From Candidatus Melainabacteria bacterium (GTDB lineage: Bacteria > Cyanobacteriota > Vampirovibrionia > Obscuribacterales > JAKAZS01), in contig DAHXLC010000160.1 of the NCBI GenBank assembly GCA_027371815.1, positions 1 to 44,246 of the forward strand: 44,246 bases of DNA, given 5' to 3'. The notes beneath the pieces are model-generated. The model made no database searches. It saw nothing but the letters and a program-made list of their open reading frames with translations, and had not been told where the DNA came from. Below, one piece after another: positions 20,618 through 29,168 of this stretch (position 1 is its first letter; each line of letters starts with the position of its first letter). The position numbers were made by a program, and so were the translations under genes.

Positions 20618-21382
20618 TTAAAATTTAACAATGGGGCTTTGCGCTTGGCCTAAATAGTTAACCCCAGTTAAAGTAAGATCAGTTACGGCTAAATTTATCC
20701 CTGAACAAAAACCTGCCAGAACCTGAATAAAACCACCAGTACCAATAATATAGACATCCTTGTTTACATGAGTTTTTACGGTATTAATCCAACAGTCTAC
20801 CGTACCGATATGACTTAAGAAGCAACCATTAGCAATTGCCTTATCAGTATCAAAAGCCAGCGGCGATGCAATTTTCAAGCCATCAAGATCGACTTCCGGT
20901 AACTGATCGAGGTAATTAGATATTGCTTTAAAGGTTTTGGAAATTCCCAGAGTAATTAATCCGCCTAGAAATTTTCCTGAATTTTCAACTACTGTTAATG
21001 TCGTAGCCGAACCAAAATCAATGATACCAATAACTTCTTTATCACTATATAATTTAATCGCAGCAGTTGCGTTGGCTATTCGGTCAATGCCTATACCATC
21101 GTAAATATTGGTAATAATGTTCTGTTCATTAGACTTTAATTCAATAATTTTAACGTTCAAATTACTCAGAGCATCAATTAATTTTTTGGCCAAATCAGGA
21201 ATTACTGAAGATACAATAACTCGAACCTGCTTAATTAATTTAATTTTATTCACTAAAAAGACAATAGCTAGTTCTAATTGCTGAATCCGAAAATCATTTC
21301 TTTCAATAAGTTTGTGTTCATGAAATAAGCCAACTGATAGCCTAGAATTGCCAATATCAATGCATAAGAATTTATTTATCAT
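20618..21382 (-). CDS. coaX: type III pantothenate kinase
   Basis: LCIDIGNSR, GIDR and IIDFGSATT, at ~254 aa. The start overlaps the upstream amidase stop by 11 nt. Confidence 0.88.
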   Translation of the reverse strand: MINKFLCIDIGNSRLSVGLFHEHKLIERNDFRIQQLELAIVFLVNKIKLIKQVRVIVSSVIPDLAKKLIDALSNLNVKIIELKSNEQNIITNIYDGIGIDRIANATAAIKLYSDKEVIGIIDFGSATTLTVVENSGKFLGGLITLGISKTFKAISNYLDQLPEVDLDGLKIASPLAFDTDKAIANGCFLSHIGTVDCWINTVKTHVNKDVYIIGTGGFIQVLAGFCSGINLAVTDLTLTGVNYLGQAQSPIVKF

Positions 21383-23189
21383 CCGTATTTCCCTTTATGT
21401 AATCATAAATCCCCTGATAAAGACCAATGGCAATTTTATCCTGGAATCCTGGGTTAATAAGTTTGGTTAAATCATCAGGATTGATAACAAAACCCACTTC
21501 AACTAAAACTGCCAGCATATTTGAGGTTCGATTTAAGGCCAGGCTTTGATATCTAGTTCCGTAGTCAGGTAAATTAATTGTTTTTACTAAACTATGCTTA
21601 AGCGATCGAGCTAAGTTTAATGACTGAATTTGATACCAGTAGGTTGATGTTCCGTGTTCGGTTAAAGGATTACGCCCGTCAGGTAGCGAGTTATTATGAA
21701 TGGAAATCAACATATCACTACTATGGTCTAAGGCATAATTTACCCTATCATATAAATCCACATAAGTCTTGTTGTCAGTTCTTGTTGAATAAACTGTTGC
21801 TCCATGCTGTTTTAACAGCGAAATTACCTTTTGGGCAATATCCAGGTTGAGCCTACTTTCTTTAATTCCGGATAAACCAATTGCCCCATTTTCACTACCA
21901 CCATGCCCAGGATCAATACATATTTTAAGACCTTGCAAGTCATTAATTATATGTGGTGGCTTTTTGCAAAACACATAAAGACAATTCTGACTGTATTGCG
22001 CAAAATAACCCCACTGCTGATGGCCTTTAAGGCTAAGGGTAAGTTTTAAGGTGCTATCATCCGTTTGGTTAAAGGTAACAAAATTAATTAACCTTAAACA
22101 TTTGTTTTGAGGAGTGGTTATCCATTCAATATTAGCTTTAGCCCCATAGATGTTTACGACCAATTCATTAGGATTTAGTTTTTGCGTGATTTCATAGGGT
22201 AGATTATTTTCTAGCGGAATTTTGATAAATTCAAAATTCTGATTAGAATCAGTGTTAATAGTTCTAGGTATAGCTGTATTGACAAAATATTTATTATTTA
22301 AAGAAAAATCCAGATCAGTTTTATTGATCCAAACATGTTTTTGTTCAGTATATTTAATACGATAATTATCGCCATTATAACCATCAACAATAACTTGAAT
22401 ATTTTTGGATAAAGGCGTGGTTCTTGAACCCGTTTCACTCGTACGAACTACGGTATTATCAGATTTGGTAGTGGCATTTAAATCATTCGCTAGAACTGTG
22501 ATAGTATTAGAGCTTATAAAGTGCTTATCATCATTATTAAGTATGATATTAAAATTATCCTGATTAAAATTGTCATCACCCGTAATTTTATAGTCAAGAA
22601 TATATTCACTAAGTTGACTGTTATTAGCTAATCTTGATTGTCCATATTGAGTGTCAAATTTAATACGATTTATTTTGGGGAATAAATTTAAGCTTTGATT
22701 TTTGATTTTAAGAGTCAAATTACTGTTAGTTTTAGCTTTAACGGCAAAGTGAATTGTATCACCGCATTTAACGCCAAGATTATTCTTAGGCTGAATGGAG
22801 TTTGTATCCAGTACTAAATTGGTAGTATCATCTAGGGGTCGGTTAATTAATAAATTCACACTCTCATTGGCACTTTTAAGCTCAAATAAATTATTGCCTT
22901 TTTTTAAATCAACAACAGTAGCAAAAAAACCTAAATTATTATAAGATACGGGCTGATTGTTTAAAAATAAAGGTTTGTGGCTATAACAAGTACCTAAAAT
23001 AAAACTAGTTGGACTGTTGATTAGGGAATTATTAATCGGATAAACAATAAGGAATGATTTAGTTTGCGCAAACTGAGCCAAGGCAAGCTCAAGAGGCAAG
23101 CCTAAAATTATCATTAGTATCAGTAAAAAATTTTTGTTTTTTTTTAAAACAGGCATATTTATTGATTTAACCTTGATTACTTGTATCAT
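21372..23189 (-). CDS. N-acetylmuramoyl-L-alanine amidase (amidase_3) with ~400-aa N-terminal non-catalytic region
   Basis: C-terminal ICIDPGHGGSENGAIG, LISIHNNS and AVLVEVGF. The more likely start is ATG 23156 (MPVLKKNKNFLLILMIILGLPLELALA, signal-like). The N-terminal region is N/T-rich and beta-like, with no recognised motif. Confidence 0.8.
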   Translation of the reverse strand: MIQVIKVKSINMPVLKKNKNFLLILMIILGLPLELALAQFAQTKSFLIVYPINNSLINSPTSFILGTCYSHKPLFLNNQPVSYNNLGFFATVVDLKKGNNLFELKSANESVNLLINRPLDDTTNLVLDTNSIQPKNNLGVKCGDTIHFAVKAKTNSNLTLKIKNQSLNLFPKINRIKFDTQYGQSRLANNSQLSEYILDYKITGDDNFNQDNFNIILNNDDKHFISSNTITVLANDLNATTKSDNTVVRTSETGSRTTPLSKNIQVIVDGYNGDNYRIKYTEQKHVWINKTDLDFSLNNKYFVNTAIPRTINTDSNQNFEFIKIPLENNLPYEITQKLNPNELVVNIYGAKANIEWITTPQNKCLRLINFVTFNQTDDSTLKLTLSLKGHQQWGYFAQYSQNCLYVFCKKPPHIINDLQGLKICIDPGHGGSENGAIGLSGIKESRLNLDIAQKVISLLKQHGATVYSTRTDNKTYVDLYDRVNYALDHSSDMLISIHNNSLPDGRNPLTEHGTSTYWYQIQSLNLARSLKHSLVKTINLPDYGTRYQSLALNRTSNMLAVLVEVGFVINPDDLTKLINPGFQDKIAIGLYQGIYDYIKGNTDDK

Positions 23190-23997
23190 TAATTAACCAG
23201 TTGTATTGAGGAAAAAAATATTTTTCGATGGTAATATTATACAATTCTTCTTTATGGGGATAAGTATAATATTCAATCACAAAATTAAACGGATCACCAA
23301 AAAGACTGTCAAAAATTAATTTATTAATTTGAAAAAATTGGGAAATCATTAAACACTTATTTTGCGGCTTAAAAATTACATTGGCTTTATTGTTAATAAA
23401 TAATTCAATACTACTTTCACAGTCATCGTAAAGCGTATGAGGATAAATTGGATGATTTAACAATTTTGGCCAGCCAACACTACCATTACAAGTAAGAAAT
23501 AAAGGTTTGATATTTTTTTGACTTTGCATTGGCAAAAGAAGTTTGAAATTATATATATCCTGGATTGAGCAGATTTGTCCGTTAACAATAAATTTTTTAC
23601 TAGCATAGGCATTTTTAAGCTCATGAAGCGATTTTAGAGGATATTGATCACAAATAGTTTTTAAAACTAAAGTATTATACGCATTAATCCAGAAGGCAAA
23701 ATATTGTTCAGGGGTAGTGATTAAAGTTGGTGACTTAAGTTCATTAAGGGTATTTTCCCACTGTCTATCAGCTTTTAACTTTTGATAGTCCACATAGCCA
23801 TTGTGAACATATTTTGTTAATAACAACTCATAAGTCTTAAAATTATTCAATACTGGTTTTTGCTGATTTATAAATAAACACTGAAAGTTTAAAAACAAAT
23901 TAGTCAAATTAGCAAAAATACAGATAAGAAGAACAATGATCAAGATAATCATTGTCAAAGGATTTTGCGGTGCTGATTTTGTAACGGACATCAACAA
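23167..23997 (-). CDS. DUF547-domain protein with N-terminal TM anchor
   Basis: FAFWINAYNTLVLKTICDQYP matches the DUF547 core. The ATG at 23991 is likelier than TTG 23997. TM segment LTMIILIIVLLICIFANL. Confidence 0.7.
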   Translation of the reverse strand: MLMSVTKSAPQNPLTMIILIIVLLICIFANLTNLFLNFQCLFINQQKPVLNNFKTYELLLTKYVHNGYVDYQKLKADRQWENTLNELKSPTLITTPEQYFAFWINAYNTLVLKTICDQYPLKSLHELKNAYASKKFIVNGQICSIQDIYNFKLLLPMQSQKNIKPLFLTCNGSVGWPKLLNHPIYPHTLYDDCESSIELFINNKANVIFKPQNKCLMISQFFQINKLIFDSLFGDPFNFVIEYYTYPHKEELYNITIEKYFFPQYNWLINDTSNQG

Positions 23998-24010
23998 TTT
24001 AAGAACTAAA

Positions 24011-24083
24011 TGGAGCGTACGAGATTCGAACTCGTGACCTCTTCAATGCCATTGAAGCGCGCTACCAACTGCGCTAACGCCCC
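24011..24083 (-). tRNA. tRNA-Ala (anticodon GGC), CCA not encoded
   Basis: The reverse complement GGGGCGTTAGCGCAGTTGGTAGCGCGCTTCAATGGCATTGAAGAGGTCACGAGTTCGAATCTCGTACGCTCCA folds as a cloverleaf. It has a 7-bp acceptor stem with the G3:U70 Ala identity pair, D-stem GCGC/GCGC, anticodon stem CTTCA/TGAAG with loop AT-GGC-AT, T-arm ACGAG-TTCGAAT-CTCGT, and discriminator A. It is followed by TTT, not CCA. Confidence 0.93.
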
Positions 24084-24100
24084 TTAAAGTCACAATTTAC

Positions 24101-24106
24101 ATTATA
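24101..24106 (-). promoter_or_regulatory. candidate -10 box (TATAAT) for tRNA-Ala and the downstream operon
   Basis: Perfect TATAAT on the minus strand, 17 nt upstream of the mature tRNA 5' end. No convincing -35 was found. Confidence 0.25.
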
Positions 24107-24192
24107 ATATATTGTTGACCTTAAATAAACTGCTTTAAAATAGATATTTCTAAAAATAATTATTAAATTTAATTAACCTTTCTTTAATCTAT

Positions 24193-25179
24193 TTATTTTG
24201 GCGCCAGCATTTTTTGTTTTAGCTTTTCTTTAAACCAAAGGGTTTTACTGCGTGCATTTAACCAAAAATACTTATCTGGTGGCCACAAGAACGATGTTTC
24301 AAAGTAGCACCAAATTGTGCATCCCTGACAAAAAGACCAGGAACCTTCTTTTTTGCGTTTTTCCTGAACCGCAAAACTATGCCATAATTCATCTAAATTA
24401 GATATTCCATTTACATGTTGAATTTTAAGTTTTTCATCGAACATGTGATAACACGGCAATAAAAGGTAATCATCGGGAGATATAACAATATTTGAAGAAA
24501 TGGCACGGCATCTAGGATTATTAATCTGATTACCGCCATTTTTAAAAAATTCTAAAAAAGCTTCATTTAAACAGACATTTTCATATTTCATCAGTCTTTC
24601 CAACTCTTGGAGGTTTTCCTGATTTAATAATTCATTGTCACAGTAGTCAAATACCGGCCCCAATAAAACAATGACGCCTAAATCGTAGGCCAGTTTAATA
24701 AGTTTTTCCATTCCGGGTAGCGAATTTGGTGTAGCAGTGGCAATAATCGATGGGCTTTGCCCTAGTGATTTAGCCAGTTTTACACTTTCAATAACTTTGC
24801 TATAGCCATCTATTCCCCGTTCAACTTTATATTCATCAGGATCAGTGGTCGATAAAGAAAATTTAAGATCGTCAACTAACCCTTTAAGTTGATGTGCTTT
24901 GTAAGGATACAACGTGCCAGTATTGGCCAAGCTAGTATAAAAGCCCAGGTCTTTAGCAGCTTTAAGTACTTGCGGCAAATTCTTATAAACTAAAGGCTCC
25001 CCACCCGTAAAATCAATTACCTTAACGCCCAGACGCTTTAAAGCCTGGAGATTTTCAATAATAATTTGCGGGTTAACTTCTTTAACTTTAACATTATTAG
25101 GATTTACGGGAATATCACAGTACACACAGCGCGAATTACATTTGTAAGTAAGATAATAGTTGGCTAAAACTGGTGGCAT
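24193..25179 (-). CDS. radical SAM enzyme with Cys-rich C-terminal auxiliary domain (SPASM/twitch- or DUF3463-like), substrate unknown
   Basis: CX3CX2C at residues 14-21 (YKCNSRCVYCD) and the GGE motif FTGGEPL. C-terminal cysteine patterns are C-x19-C (CRAISSNIVISPDDYLLLPC) and C-x2-C-x3-C (FCQGCTIWCYFE). Confidence 0.85.
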   Translation of the reverse strand: MPPVLANYYLTYKCNSRCVYCDIPVNPNNVKVKEVNPQIIIENLQALKRLGVKVIDFTGGEPLVYKNLPQVLKAAKDLGFYTSLANTGTLYPYKAHQLKGLVDDLKFSLSTTDPDEYKVERGIDGYSKVIESVKLAKSLGQSPSIIATATPNSLPGMEKLIKLAYDLGVIVLLGPVFDYCDNELLNQENLQELERLMKYENVCLNEAFLEFFKNGGNQINNPRCRAISSNIVISPDDYLLLPCYHMFDEKLKIQHVNGISNLDELWHSFAVQEKRKKEGSWSFCQGCTIWCYFETSFLWPPDKYFWLNARSKTLWFKEKLKQKMLAPK

Positions 25180-25254
25180 GAATTTTATCCTATTAAATTA
25201 AGTAAGTTTTATATTGACTAATTACCTTTAACTAAAAAATAGCTATCGGTAATT

Positions 25255-25677
25255 TTAACTATCAGACTGGTTAAGTTGGGCGATAATACTCGGATATATT
25301 TGAAAAGCTGGCTTAATTGCTGGCAATAAAGCCAATGCTTTATTAATTGGACCTTTAGATACAATTTTACCACTAAGTAAGGCCATTGGCACATTGATTT
25401 TACCCAGCCAAAACTCGTTGGCAACTTCAGCTTTCATAAATAACTCAATTAAAGGTTTAATCTCGTTATCACCAAGCAAAATATTAAAATCACTACCGTT
25501 AGCACAATCAATAGTTAATTGCGCTTCAGGGCTACGATAATGAAAAGTAACAATCAGCTTTGATTCTAAAAGCGGATTAGCTATATGGGGTGTCTGACTA
25601 ATCTGCGTCCAAAGATTTAACATTACTAGATTTAATTCGTCACTGTTTTTAAATGTTGACATTAAATTTAACCTCAA
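25255..25677 (-). CDS. SCP2 (sterol-carrier-protein-2 fold) lipid-binding domain protein
   Basis: Likely start is ATG 25662 (MSTFKNSDEL), 9 nt after GAGG (25672-25675). The C-terminal LSGKIVSKGPINKALALLPAIKPAF is SCP2-like. It lies 15 nt downstream of the Fe-ADH stop. Confidence 0.7.
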   Translation of the reverse strand: MRLNLMSTFKNSDELNLVMLNLWTQISQTPHIANPLLESKLIVTFHYRSPEAQLTIDCANGSDFNILLGDNEIKPLIELFMKAEVANEFWLGKINVPMALLSGKIVSKGPINKALALLPAIKPAFQIYPSIIAQLNQSDS

Positions 25678-26832
25678 TTAATTATAGGAATTAATTATTA
25701 ATTCTTTTAAATCTTCCAGACTAGCCTCAACGGGATTAAACATTAAACTAGGGTCAACCAAAGCGGTTTGCGCTAATTCTTCAATATCTTCGTTGGTTAA
25801 TTGAGGCAATCCAAGTGATTTTAGATTTAAGGGCAGTTCTAACGTAGCTAATAATTCACTAATTTTAACGCATAAAAATTCCTGATTAGCATTGCGATTA
25901 TTAAATACTTTATAACTTAAATCGTCATAATACGATTGGCTATTTCGGCTGTTAAATTTGATACCAGGTAATAAGAATACCGCATTAGTGGCTCCATGAT
26001 GTGTATTATACTTAGCGCCAATAGCGTGAGCCAAGGCATGGACAACACCGACTCCACTATTGCTAAAGGCCAAACCAGCCATAGTGGAAGCAATTAAGGT
26101 TTGTTCACGAGCGCTAAGATTCGTGGGTTCATTATAAGCTATTGGCAAGTACGTAAATAAATTGTTCAGCGCACCAATGCAAAGGCTATCGGTAATTGGC
26201 GAATTAGAATTAATTGAAGTATAGGCTTCAATAGCATGCGTTATAGCATCCATACCGGTAGCTGCTGTTAAAAATTTAGGTAAAGTTACCAGTAAATTAG
26301 GATCTAAAATAGCATATTCGCTTGCCAAGCAATGACTGCCAAAAAATATTTTTTTATTGCTAGCATTGTCTTTAGCAACAGCGACTAAAGATACTTCCGA
26401 TCCAGTTCCGGCAGTTGTAGGAACAACCCAGAGGGGTTTAAGTTTTTGGGTAATGGAATTAATACCCTGATAATTTAAGATTTCTGTATCTTTAAGCGTT
26501 AAGCCAATATTAACCAATTTAGCTGTGTCAATAACCGATCCCCCACCTATAGCTAAAATAAGATCGCAAGCGTTGTCAATGGCGATTCGTGTGATGCTTT
26601 CAACTATGGTAACTTCCGCATCGCTGGTAATTGTATCAAATAAGGTAATTTTAGCTTCAATTTGATTTATGTTATGCAGAAAGACCTTGAAAAAATCTTG
26701 TTTGGCTATACCTAAATCTGTTAAGATTAAAATACTGGAAGTACTTAAATCACTAAGTTTATCGAGGATTAATTCACCAAAATCATAAGTGAAAACAATT
26801 TGAGTATCGGTCGTAAATACAAAAGGGTTCAT
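25678..26832 (-). CDS. iron-containing (group III) alcohol dehydrogenase
   Basis: AIGGGSVIDTAK and VPTTAGTGSE are present. Metal ligands are intact in GMDAITHAIEAY (D-x3-H) and VVHALAHAIGAKYNTHHGATNAV. Length is 384 aa. Confidence 0.88.
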   Translation of the reverse strand: MNPFVFTTDTQIVFTYDFGELILDKLSDLSTSSILILTDLGIAKQDFFKVFLHNINQIEAKITLFDTITSDAEVTIVESITRIAIDNACDLILAIGGGSVIDTAKLVNIGLTLKDTEILNYQGINSITQKLKPLWVVPTTAGTGSEVSLVAVAKDNASNKKIFFGSHCLASEYAILDPNLLVTLPKFLTAATGMDAITHAIEAYTSINSNSPITDSLCIGALNNLFTYLPIAYNEPTNLSAREQTLIASTMAGLAFSNSGVGVVHALAHAIGAKYNTHHGATNAVFLLPGIKFNSRNSQSYYDDLSYKVFNNRNANQEFLCVKISELLATLELPLNLKSLGLPQLTNEDIEELAQTALVDPSLMFNPVEASLEDLKELIINSYN

Positions 26833-27200
26833 TATATTTATTTTACTGTGAATTTAATTAGGTTTTATTATAATGTGAACAGGAGTTAATTGTTTTATTT
26901 AAAATCCGCATGATTGAATTAATCAAGCTATAAAGTAAGTTAAATAAATATAATTTAAATTAGTGAATTACAATTCGAGAGATTCTAACATTATAAATTT
27001 TAAACTAATAGTTAGGTTTATCAATGAAATTTATTAATTATAATATGGGTAAATTTTCATGTTAGTAATGTTGACATCTAAGTGATTTTATATGAATATT
27101 AACTAAGTAAAGACCTTAACTGGATCTTGATTAATAATTTTTAATTTATAATGCTTGTGTGCAAAACAGTCCTTAATTTGATATTTTATAATTGCAGTAA

Positions 27201-29168
27201 ATGATCAGTAAATCTTTATTTTCTCGAATAATCACTACCCTAAATATTTGCCTTATTACCGGCAATTTAATTTGGCCGCAATTAGCTATTTGTGGCACTG
27301 ATCCAAAACAGCCAGTGGGAACAATTCTACTGCCAATTACCCCTAAACTAGACGAAATAGTCCCAGCTACCGAAGATCAACAAGCATTAGAAAATACGGC
27401 TAAGCCAAATAATCTTAAAAATAATTCGGAAGAAACTGGTTTAATAACTGAGGTTAGCGCTGATAATGAATTGCCACTAGCCAAGGATAAAGATACAGCT
27501 GAATCTGATAAGCCTTTAAAAGCTAGTGTGCAAATCGTTGCTGATGATACTGAATTTGATGAGGCCAAAAATACTTTTTTGGGAACTGGTAATGCGGTTG
27601 CCATTATTGGCGATCAAGACTCAAAACTAGAAGCTGATATGATTTTGTATAATCAGGACACTCAAATTATGGATGCGCGTGGCAATGTCAAAATCATTCG
27701 CAAAGGTCAAATAACCACTGGCAGTGCTTTTAAATTTGATGTTTCTTCCGATGAATATTTAATAACTAAACCTGATACTGAATTACAAGGATCAGAAATC
27801 ATATCCCGCAATGCCTTTAGTAATGCTGATGGACTAGCCTTTAAAAATGGTACGATTGACATGCCCCAAGCTTTCTATTATTCAAAAAATACGATGAATG
27901 CGCCAACAGTATATTCACAGGATGTACCTAATCGCTTAATGCATCCCGAAGCTTATGTACCTAGACAGTCTAGTTTTGTGTTTAAGGCACGCAAAATGGT
28001 CTATGAGAAGTATAAAGATACTAATAATTTAACAATTTTTGGCGGCCGGCTACAATTCAAGCATTTCAGTGTTCCGGTAGGTAAAATTGTTACCACGATC
28101 AACGGATCGAAAGAACAAAGAATTGTTATGCCAATCGTGCCTTATTTGGGTAATAACTTGTACGTTGGGGGAACCAGTATCGGGGCTATATTTAATACCC
28201 CAATTGGTAAAACTGGGGTATTAAGTTATGCTCCTTTAATTCAATTAGGTGGGGCTAGCTTAGCTGCTACCGGAAATAGCAATTCAACTGCAATAGGGGT
28301 TGGCACTCAACTTGGTTATGTAAATAATAAAATTAATTTCCATTATGCCTATGGTACCGTTTCTAATTTATCGGTAGGTGATTTTAAGTATAAAATCTGG
28401 AAACGAGTCAGATTTCAGTCTGGCGTTAACCGATTTTTAACCAACGGAATGTTTGGGGCGCAACGGGCACATTTAATTGCTGAAGTTGTTGACAATCATA
28501 TGATTCGTAGCATTCCTTTGATTCCCTTTTTAGATTTTCGGACATCAGCTGGCTGGGCTCAAGATTATCCACAATTGGTTAATTTATCGCCCCAATTCGC
28601 TAAATTATTTGGCAGCCCAACTACAACGCAGACCACGTCAGCTTTTAGGCTACAGGAACAAATTAGAGCAGCTACGGCACCATTATTTCAATTAGGCGAT
28701 GACAAATATGGTATTTCGGGAATGATTATGGGTGGTTTAGTTGGTAGGGCCTATTCAACCGGTGATAAGCAAACAATTGCCACAGGCACGCCAATGCTTA
28801 ATATTTCCCTTAATCGGTTAAAATTACAAACTGGTTACACCACTGCACAAATTCACGGTTCTACACCTTTTGTGTTTGACGAATATTACATGGGCTCTTC
28901 TTCTACTTTTATATCAGGATCCGTTCGCGTTAATAAATTTTTAGATTTAGGTGGTTATTATGGCTATAATCTCCAACAAAAATTACCTTATGCTGAAACA
29001 GTAACAGCCGCAATTGGCCCACCTGATTTTAAAGTCATCTTATCGCATGATATGATATTTGGTTATTCACGGGTAGGTTTTGGTATTTTATATGGACAAC
29101 CCATACCATTTAATAAACTGGTAGTAAAAGGTAATCCAGATAGGGGTCAATTAGGTGGGATTCAATAA
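27201..29168 (+). CDS. outer-membrane OstA/LptD-like protein (LPS-assembly related)
   Basis: N-terminal hydrophobic signal-like segment. OstA_N-like beta-jellyroll (VQIVADDTEFDEAKNTFLGTGNAVAIIGDQDSKLEADMILYNQDTQIMDARGNVKIIRKGQ). The C-terminal ~400 aa are G/Y/F/T-rich, consistent with a beta-barrel. At 655 aa it is shorter than classical LptD. Confidence 0.5.
   Translation: MISKSLFSRIITTLNICLITGNLIWPQLAICGTDPKQPVGTILLPITPKLDEIVPATEDQQALENTAKPNNLKNNSEETGLITEVSADNELPLAKDKDTAESDKPLKASVQIVADDTEFDEAKNTFLGTGNAVAIIGDQDSKLEADMILYNQDTQIMDARGNVKIIRKGQITTGSAFKFDVSSDEYLITKPDTELQGSEIISRNAFSNADGLAFKNGTIDMPQAFYYSKNTMNAPTVYSQDVPNRLMHPEAYVPRQSSFVFKARKMVYEKYKDTNNLTIFGGRLQFKHFSVPVGKIVTTINGSKEQRIVMPIVPYLGNNLYVGGTSIGAIFNTPIGKTGVLSYAPLIQLGGASLAATGNSNSTAIGVGTQLGYVNNKINFHYAYGTVSNLSVGDFKYKIWKRVRFQSGVNRFLTNGMFGAQRAHLIAEVVDNHMIRSIPLIPFLDFRTSAGWAQDYPQLVNLSPQFAKLFGSPTTTQTTSAFRLQEQIRAATAPLFQLGDDKYGISGMIMGGLVGRAYSTGDKQTIATGTPMLNISLNRLKLQTGYTTAQIHGSTPFVFDEYYMGSSSTFISGSVRVNKFLDLGGYYGYNLQQKLPYAETVTAAIGPPDFKVILSHDMIFGYSRVGFGILYGQPIPFNKLVVKGNPDRGQLGGIQ

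Noticed and set aside
20418-20621. 67-aa ORF spanning the ffh/coaX convergent spacer
   Set aside because: It overlaps the 3' ends of both flanking genes, has no RBS and gives a low-complexity translation. The spacer is better explained as a terminator region.
24011-24192. tRNA gene as an integration site for a genomic island carrying the radical SAM operon
   Set aside because: There is no integrase and no visible direct repeat of the tRNA 3' end. The operon lies on the 5' side of the tRNA, whereas islands normally insert at the 3' end.
25218-25424. 68-aa ORF overlapping the SCP2 gene 3' end in another frame, considered as a possible precursor peptide for the radical SAM enzyme
   Set aside because: Most of it overlaps the SCP2 CDS, and there is no RBS. 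Its W/Y/L/K-rich sequence looks like frame-shifted AT-rich noise. It has no leader/core architecture.
27024-27065. 13-codon micro-ORF MKFINYNMGKFSC near the radical SAM operon, considered as a RiPP precursor
   Set aside because: It is on the opposite strand from the operon and is very short. ORFs like this are expected by chance in ~75% A+T spacer DNA. I kept it only as a note within the intergenic-region finding.
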